Of a stretch of 61,130 nt of DNA, positions 55,756 through 61,130 are shown piece by piece; within the stretch, counting starts at the first letter, position 1, and each line of letters opens with the position of its first letter. The position numbers and the translations under genes are program-made. Under the pieces are notes generated by a model. That model saw only the letters and a list, made by a program, of their open reading frames with translations, was not told where the DNA came from and ran no database searches. Origin of the DNA: Candidatus Delongbacteria bacterium (GTDB lineage Bacteria > UBA4055); the NCBI GenBank assembly GCA_027858225.1, contig JAQIDB010000177.1:1-61130 (forward strand), written 5' to 3'.

Positions 55756-56634
55756 ATGCAAGGATTATATACTGCTATCGTAACACCATTCAAAAATGAT
55801 AGAAGTTTAAATAAACAAAAACTTAAAGAATTAATAGCATTCCAAGCTGCCGGAGGAGTAGATGGTATCGTTCCTGGTGGAACGACGGGAGAAAATCCTA
55901 CCTTTTCTGAGAAAGAATTTCAAGAGATCTTTGAGATCTGCGTTGAGTTTGCAGACTTTCATAATATTAAAGTTATTGCCGGATGTGGAAGTAATGATAC
56001 TGCAAAGGCAGTCTCTCTTTGTAAGATGGCTTCTCAAGTTGGAGCCGATTCTGCTTTAGTTATCACCCCATACTATAATAAACCTAACCAAGAAGGATTA
56101 TATAGACATTTTTCAGAAGTTGCAGAAAAATCACCAATTCCTATCGTAATGTATAATGTACCATCTCGCACAGGAGTAAATTTATTGCCTGAAACAGTAG
56201 AAAGACTAGCAATTCATGAAAATATTATCGCTTTAAAAGAAGCTAGTGGATCGATGTCACAGGTTCAAAAAATAATTTTTGCAGTAGAAGATAAAATATC
56301 AATATTATCAGGAGAGGATGATCTGATTTATTCAATGATGGCTCTTGGAGGAAAAGGTGGTATCAGTGTCACTTCAAACATTATTCCTAAGCAAATGAGC
56401 ATGCTTGTGCATGCAATGCTAGATGGTAATCATAAAAAAGGATTGCAGCTCGCAAAATATACGAATGAGCTATGTCAAACTATGTTTATTGACACAAATC
56501 CAATACCTGTTAAGAAAGCAATGGAACTACTCGGGCTTGAAACAGGACCAACAAGACTTCCATTAACTGAATTATCTGAAGATAATATTAAGCATTTAAC
56601 TAAAATACTAACAAAATATAAGTTGATCAAATAA
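55756..56634 (+). CDS. dapA: 4-hydroxy-tetrahydrodipicolinate synthase.
   Basis: The 292-aa protein has motifs GIVPGGTTGE and the Schiff-base lysine region (ALKEASG). A GGAG SD lies 8 nt upstream. Confidence 0.9.
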   Translation: MQGLYTAIVTPFKNDRSLNKQKLKELIAFQAAGGVDGIVPGGTTGENPTFSEKEFQEIFEICVEFADFHNIKVIAGCGSNDTAKAVSLCKMASQVGADSALVITPYYNKPNQEGLYRHFSEVAEKSPIPIVMYNVPSRTGVNLLPETVERLAIHENIIALKEASGSMSQVQKIIFAVEDKISILSGEDDLIYSMMALGGKGGISVTSNIIPKQMSMLVHAMLDGNHKKGLQLAKYTNELCQTMFIDTNPIPVKKAMELLGLETGPTRLPLTELSEDNIKHLTKILTKYKLIK

Positions 56635-57261
56635 ATGATAGTAAATAAAATATTTCATATTCTCCAAGTCGGTGATATTGCTGAAAATTGTATTATTGCA
56701 AAATGTCCTGAAACATCAAAGGCAATAATCTTTGATCCAGGAGATGAACCTAAAAAACTCATCAAATATCTGAAAAACATTAATGCGATACCTGAATTGA
56801 TAGTTAACACGCATGGTCACCACGATCATATTGGAGCTATTCCAGAGCTAAAACAAAAATTTAGCATCCCTATGTGGGCGCATAAAGATGAAGAAGAATA
56901 TTTTTTAGATCCTAATAAAAACTACTCGGCTTTAACTGGAAAATCAATAAAAATAAAGCCCGATAAACTTCTTACAGAAAAAGATATTATTAATGTTGGA
57001 ACTTTAGAATTTAAAATATTGCATACTCCGGGGCATACTCTGGGAGGCTGCTGTTTCCTTAACAACAATGTTTTAATTGCAGGAGACACCTTATTTGCAG
57101 GTTCTATTGGAAGATGTGACCTCTATGGTGGAAGTGAAAAAACAATTTTCAGATCTATAAAAACTAAAATTCTACCTTTAGACGATAAAACAATAATTCT
57201 GCCTGGTCACGGAAGGCATACTACTTTAAAAGAAGAAAAGCTCTTCAATCCTTTCTTCTAA
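56635..57261 (+). CDS. MBL-fold metallo-hydrolase (hydroxyacylglutathione hydrolase-like).
   Basis: The HGHHDH motif (THGHHDHIG) and downstream His/Asp ligands are present. The protein is 208 aa long. Confidence 0.8.
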   Translation: MIVNKIFHILQVGDIAENCIIAKCPETSKAIIFDPGDEPKKLIKYLKNINAIPELIVNTHGHHDHIGAIPELKQKFSIPMWAHKDEEEYFLDPNKNYSALTGKSIKIKPDKLLTEKDIINVGTLEFKILHTPGHTLGGCCFLNNNVLIAGDTLFAGSIGRCDLYGGSEKTIFRSIKTKILPLDDKTIILPGHGRHTTLKEEKLFNPFF

Positions 57262-57272
57262 CAGTCAACATA

Positions 57273-57650
57273 TTATTTAACAGCGATACAATCGATTTTA
57301 ACTTTAACTCCAACAGGAAGAGCACTGATCCCAAAAGTAGATCTGGCAGGAGCATCCGCAGAAAAATACTCTCCATATACTTCATTAAATTCCTTGTACT
57401 CGTTGAAATCAGTAAGAAAACATGTACATTTTACAATATCACCAAATGTATATCCTGCTTCATTCAATATAGCTCTGATATTATCTAATGTTTGTTTAGT
57501 CTGAGCTTTGATCCCACCATCTACAATTACTCCATTTTCGGGGATCATTCCTATTTGACCTGCAACATATAGCGTATCATTTACTTCAACTGCCTGATTA
57601 TATGGCCCTTTTGCTTCTGGCGCATTACTTGTGCTAATAATTCTTTTCAT
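57273..57650 (-). CDS. ridA: RidA/YjgF family reactive-intermediate deaminase.
   Basis: The 125-aa protein has the typical RidA C-terminus ...PARSTFGISALPVGVKVKIDCIAV. Confidence 0.85.
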   Translation of the reverse strand: MKRIISTSNAPEAKGPYNQAVEVNDTLYVAGQIGMIPENGVIVDGGIKAQTKQTLDNIRAILNEAGYTFGDIVKCTCFLTDFNEYKEFNEVYGEYFSADAPARSTFGISALPVGVKVKIDCIAVK

Positions 57651-57666
57651 AATATTTTCCTTAAAA

Positions 57667-58125
57667 TTATTTCTTTTGTAAATTTCTATTTATGTAAATA
57701 TTGTAATCTCCCAAATAATCAAATCCATACTTTTTATACAATTCAAGTGCTGGAATATTATCTTCATGAACTTCAAGTCTAAATTGTAAACCAAGTAATT
57801 GAGCATGATCCATAACTACATCCATTAATTCGTTAGCAAATCCCTTTCCTCTATATTCCTTAGATATTGCAAAATAATGAAGATAAGTTCTTCTTTTATC
57901 AGTTGTAACCCATGCACTACCAATTATCTCATTTGTTGTATCCAGTTTCATTAATATCAATCGACCACCATTTTCAACAGAATTCAAAATGATCTCTGAA
58001 TTATCCCCTCTATGCTTCCCTCCAACACCGGTCGCTTCCCAAAATAGCATTAATTCTTCAATATCAGAACTTGCAAAATCAGAGAAATAATATTTTATAT
58101 CGTTAATTGACATTTGATCTCTCAC
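57667..58125 (-). CDS. GNAT family N-acetyltransferase.
   Basis: The protein has the GNAT motif A region (FAISKEYRGKGFANELM). It is 152 aa long. Confidence 0.75.
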   Translation of the reverse strand: MRDQMSINDIKYYFSDFASSDIEELMLFWEATGVGGKHRGDNSEIILNSVENGGRLILMKLDTTNEIIGSAWVTTDKRRTYLHYFAISKEYRGKGFANELMDVVMDHAQLLGLQFRLEVHEDNIPALELYKKYGFDYLGDYNIYINRNLQKK

Positions 58126-58282
58126 ATTCTTATGTATCTATAAATATACAATTAGTTACTGCAATAAAACACTAAGAAATTTATTTTTTTTTATCCCATC
58201 CCGTGTTATATTGATTATCTGTATTTAATGAGAAAAAAACTTTTGGTCATTACAAAAAACATATAAATTCTTGGAGATTCAC

Positions 58283-59473
58283 ATGATAGATTTTAATATA
58301 GCTTTAGAACTCGTAGGAGAAATTGCTCAAACTCTTAACTCTACTTCAGTTCCTGTAGTGGATTCTGTTGGATATATTCTTGATGAAGATATTTATTCTC
58401 CTTTAGATATGCCCCCTTTTGTTAAATCGGCTATGGATGGTTATGCTTTCAAAAATGATCTTAAGGATTACACAAAGATAGAATTGAAAAATATTGGGAT
58501 TGTAGCAGCTGGAGATTTTTTTACTGGTGAAGTAAGATCTGATGAATGTATTAGTATTATGACTGGTGCTCCCCTTCCTGATTCAACAGACACTGTAATA
58601 CCTATTGAAAATACCGAAAAGGAAGGTGAGTTAATCAACTTCAATAAAAATTTAACCACTGGTACTAATGTTTGTCAAAAGGGTGAAGATATTTCGAAAG
58701 GAGCTTTGATTTTAGAAAAAGGTTCTTTACTAAAGTCATCACATATAGCATTGATCTCAGCCGCTGGATATAAAAATATAAAAGTGATCAGAAAACCTAA
58801 AATTGCAATTTTAAACACTGGAAGTGAGATAATAGAACCCGGAGAAGAACTAAAATCTGGACAGATCTATAATAGCAACGGGCAAATGCTTCAAGCAATG
58901 TGTAATGATTTGAATTATGATGCAGAATATATTGGGATAGCTGTAGATACCAAGGAAACGTTGAAAAAAGCAATTATGAAAGGCTTAGAGTATGACATCC
59001 TCTTAATCTCAGGTGGAGTGTCTATGGGCGAATTTGACCTTGTTCCGGGCATGTTAAAAGAATCGGGAGTTGATAAAGTATTCCATAAAGTAAAGATCAA
59101 ACCTGGGAAACCTTTATTTTTCGGGAAACATTCTAATGGTTTAGTATTTGGGCTACCTGGAAATCCTTTATCAAATTTTGTTGGATTTACATTGTTCGTT
59201 ACTACTGCGGTAAAAAAGATGAGTTCTCTTTCCGATATTTATCCAGAGTTCAAAACCGGTACTTTGACAAAAGAGTTTAGACAAAGATCCGGTAGAAGGA
59301 ATTTCTTTCCTGCAACGATAAAGAAAAATAAAGATGAGTACCTAATCACACCTGTTAATTCCAATGGATCGGCGGATATTATGTCCCTTTCAAAAGCAGA
59401 CGGTTTTCTCATAGCACATGAAGATTTATCTGTACTCAAAGAAGGTGAAACAACTGAATTTATATTGTTCTAA
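58283..59473 (+). CDS. moeA: Molybdopterin molybdenumtransferase MoeA. The ATG at 58283 is preferred over the upstream TTG at 58271.
   Basis: The MoeA fold shows GDIL-equivalent and ISGGVSMGEFD motifs. A GGAG SD lies at 58273-58276. Confidence 0.85.
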   Translation: MIDFNIALELVGEIAQTLNSTSVPVVDSVGYILDEDIYSPLDMPPFVKSAMDGYAFKNDLKDYTKIELKNIGIVAAGDFFTGEVRSDECISIMTGAPLPDSTDTVIPIENTEKEGELINFNKNLTTGTNVCQKGEDISKGALILEKGSLLKSSHIALISAAGYKNIKVIRKPKIAILNTGSEIIEPGEELKSGQIYNSNGQMLQAMCNDLNYDAEYIGIAVDTKETLKKAIMKGLEYDILLISGGVSMGEFDLVPGMLKESGVDKVFHKVKIKPGKPLFFGKHSNGLVFGLPGNPLSNFVGFTLFVTTAVKKMSSLSDIYPEFKTGTLTKEFRQRSGRRNFFPATIKKNKDEYLITPVNSNGSADIMSLSKADGFLIAHEDLSVLKEGETTEFILF

Positions 59474-59485
59474 AAGTCTATTTAT

Positions 59486-59516
59486 TTGTCATCCTCGGAC
59501 TTGATCCGGGGATCCA
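59486..59516. repeat. 31-bp palindromic interspersed element, copy 2. It bridges the moeA stop and the SD of the MOSC gene.
   Basis: The sequence is identical to 2430-2460. Confidence 0.7.
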
Positions 59517-59524
59517 GGAGCGTT

Positions 59525-59977
59525 ATGAAAGGTAAAATACATTCTATAAATATAGCTGAAAAGAAAAAGGGTAATAAGCTTCAGATTCAATCAGGAGAAT
59601 TACTTAAAGATATAGGTTTGAAGGGTGATACTTATAATAAACCCGGAGATCGTCAAATTTCTCTTATTTCAGTAGGAAAAATTAAAGAACAAGAATTTTG
59701 CCCAAGAGTTCGTACTAAAGATGACCTGATTCCTGGTGATTTTTCAGAAACACTTACTATTACAGGAATAGATATCTCAAACATCTCAGTTGGTGACAAA
59801 TTTATTATCGGTGACTCTGCGGAGATAGAGATTACTCAAATCGGAATGACTTGCTATAAGTTCTGCCCTATCGGGAAAGAACAAAATGAATGTCCCCTAC
59901 CTAAATATTTTTTATTTGCCAAGGTTTTAAAAAGTGGAGTTGTTGAAGTTAATGACACATTTAAGAAATTTTTTTAG
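59525..59977 (+). CDS. MOSC-domain protein. The start is at the ATG with an AGGAG SD; the ORF-track start at 59486 lies within the repeat element.
   Basis: MKGKIHSINIAEKKKGNK...GDRQISLISVGKIKE is the MOSC beta-barrel signature. It is encoded next to moeA. Confidence 0.7.
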   Translation: MKGKIHSINIAEKKKGNKLQIQSGELLKDIGLKGDTYNKPGDRQISLISVGKIKEQEFCPRVRTKDDLIPGDFSETLTITGIDISNISVGDKFIIGDSAEIEITQIGMTCYKFCPIGKEQNECPLPKYFLFAKVLKSGVVEVNDTFKKFF

Positions 59978-60130
59978 AGATTAGCAAAAAAACAATTAAA
60001 TAATTTGACAAAATCTAAAACAATTAGTAAATTCAGTAACATACAATACTTATAACATAAATATGACACAATCAATGAAAAAGATTGAGTTAGAAACATA
60101 TTTTATCAAAACGCAAATATACATGAAAAA

Positions 60131-60249
60131 AAAACGACATATGGCGTATATCCGTTTTGATTAGCCTTAATCGTAAAATAAATACGACATTCGTATATCC
60201 GTTTTAATTAGGCACGATCTGAAAATAAATACGACATATGTCGTATTTT
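60131..60249. promoter_or_regulatory. Operator-like array in front of the S51 peptidase gene: three ACGACAT half-sites about 47-50 bp apart, the last embedded in a perfect 22-bp palindrome AAATACGACATATGTCGTATTT (60227-60248).
   Basis: The three units are aaacgacatatggcgtatatccgttttgattag (60131-60163), aatacgacattcgtatatccgttttaattag (60181-60211) and aaatacgacatatgtcgtattt (60227-60248). All lie in a 340-bp non-coding leader. Confidence 0.4.
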
Positions 60250-60254
60250 CAGAC

Positions 60255-60282
60255 GTTGTTTGCAATGGCAGCCCAATTAGGT
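60255..60282. repeat. Left copy of a 27/28-bp imperfect inverted repeat flanking the S51 peptidase gene (partner at 60987-61014).
   Basis: Left is GTTGTTTGcaaTGGCAGCCCAAttagg. The reverse complement of the right copy is GTTGTTTGtctgTGGCAGCCCAAaatcc. They share an 8-bp and an 11-bp perfect block. Confidence 0.45.
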
Positions 60283-60316
60283 TAAAATAGTCCAAAAAAA
60301 GAGAAAAAGGAAAAAG

Positions 60317-60934
60317 ATGAGATTTTACTTATCCTCGTTCAAAATAGGTAAAGAAATACTGAGACTCAAAGAATTAATAAATCTTAAAAAGAAAGTTGCT
60401 TACATTCCAAATGCTGTAGACCATGTAAAATATGACAACCAATCAGATTCGATGGAAGAATCAGGATTATACCTCCAAAACGAACTGGGTTTAGATGTTG
60501 AGTTCCTAGATTTGAAGGACTATTTTCAAAATACAGAAGCACTTAAACGAAAAATTCAAGAATATGGTACATTCTGGGTACGAGGTGGAAATGTTTTCAT
60601 CCTACGAAGAGCTATGAAATTATCAGGTTTTGACGATTTATTGACTGGACTGGTCAAGGATGAAAATTTAGTCTATGGTGGATATAGTGCAGGTTGTTGC
60701 GTTTTATCCCCACATCTTAATGGTTTTGAACTCGTTGATGATAAAGACATTAATCCATATTCAAACAAGTCGAATACTATTTGGGAAGGTTTAAATATTT
60801 TAGATTACTCTTTCATTCCACACTTTGAATCAAATCATCCTGAATCAGACAGAATTGCCAATGTAGTAAAATATTGCATTGAAAATGAAATTCCACATCG
60901 TAAATTTAAGGATGGTGAAGTTTGTGTAATGTAA
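60317..60934 (+). CDS. Peptidase S51 family (dipeptidase E / cyanophycinase-like, class-I glutamine amidotransferase-like fold).
   Basis: The 205-aa protein has KVAYIPNA near the N-terminus, a GGNVFIL motif and a catalytic-Ser context GGYSAGCCVLSP. Confidence 0.7.
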   Translation: MRFYLSSFKIGKEILRLKELINLKKKVAYIPNAVDHVKYDNQSDSMEESGLYLQNELGLDVEFLDLKDYFQNTEALKRKIQEYGTFWVRGGNVFILRRAMKLSGFDDLLTGLVKDENLVYGGYSAGCCVLSPHLNGFELVDDKDINPYSNKSNTIWEGLNILDYSFIPHFESNHPESDRIANVVKYCIENEIPHRKFKDGEVCVM

Positions 60935-60986
60935 CGGAGTTAACGATGTTAATTATTAATCTTGTTATTACCATAAATATCTTAAT

Positions 60987-61014
60987 GGATTTTGGGCTGC
61001 CACAGACAAACAAC
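60987..61014. repeat. Right copy of the inverted repeat flanking the S51 peptidase gene.
   Basis: See 60255-60282. Confidence 0.45.
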
Positions 61015-61130
61015 ATTGGCAAAACATCAATGGTTACTTGGAGATTTAACTCGTTATGACACCACTGCTTTTTGCCATAACCGTTGTGGGCAATAGTGAT
61101 TATCGATAAGAATGGGTTATTGAGCTTAAA

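Noticed and set aside
58126-58282. Moco riboswitch upstream of moeA.
   Set aside because: No GC-rich conserved helices are visible. The sequence is low-complexity AT.
1-61130. CRISPR arrays, tRNA, rRNA, tmRNA, RNase P RNA.
   Set aside because: By eye I found no regularly spaced direct repeats with unique spacers. No GTTCGA/T-loop tRNA signatures were found. No conserved rRNA, tmRNA or RNase P blocks were found.

Overview
The window is strongly AT-rich with N/K/I-rich proteins and almost gap-free coding. It looks like a diderm bacterium, because it encodes a PilQ secretin and a giant SprA-like outer-membrane protein; an FCB-group or candidate-phylum lineage is possible. I cannot place it firmly without a database search. 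Most of the window is core genome, listed here in map order. The minus-strand block (1048-27060) holds hisS, an operon of a TPR protein, a 2094-aa SprA-like protein and xseA, then pmbA-tldD, a PAS/GAF hybrid sensor kinase, and two tandem S8 peptidases. The plus-strand block (28296-34688) holds a long U32 peptidase coupled to a TIGR01212 radical-SAM gene, an SPFH-PspC pair, and ptb-buk. A second minus-strand block (34737-55619) holds mraY, a DinG exonuclease-helicase fusion, gcvPB, a pilMNOPQ type IV pilus cluster with an orphan parA, topA, secA, a YfcE-like phosphoesterase, a NusB-family gene, rnhA and a HisKA-only sensor. A final mixed-strand stretch (55756-60934) holds dapA, an MBL-fold hydrolase, ridA, a GNAT, moeA, a MOSC gene and an S51 peptidase. 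No tRNA, rRNA or CRISPR was found. The accessory signal clusters in four places. (1) Two nearly identical tandem S8 subtilisin-family peptidases carry Fn3 repeats, with a shared about 75-aa C-terminal Fn3-like domain. The C-terminal stump of a third copy sits next to a decayed IS150-like IS3 element that keeps orfA, an A9G slippery site and a truncated orfB. (2) A roughly 300-nt intergenic stretch of strong hairpins with a terminator-like end is a candidate small RNA. (3) A peptidase S51 gene is bracketed by a 27/28-bp imperfect inverted repeat and sits behind a perfect 22-bp palindrome with iterated half-sites. (4) A 31-bp palindromic element occurs at two loci. There are also operator-like repeats in front of a minimal-nucleotidyltransferase (toxin-antitoxin-like) gene at the window edge, and a heptamer SSR in a promoter. 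All calls come from reading the sequence and the ORF translations. No searches or database comparisons were run.
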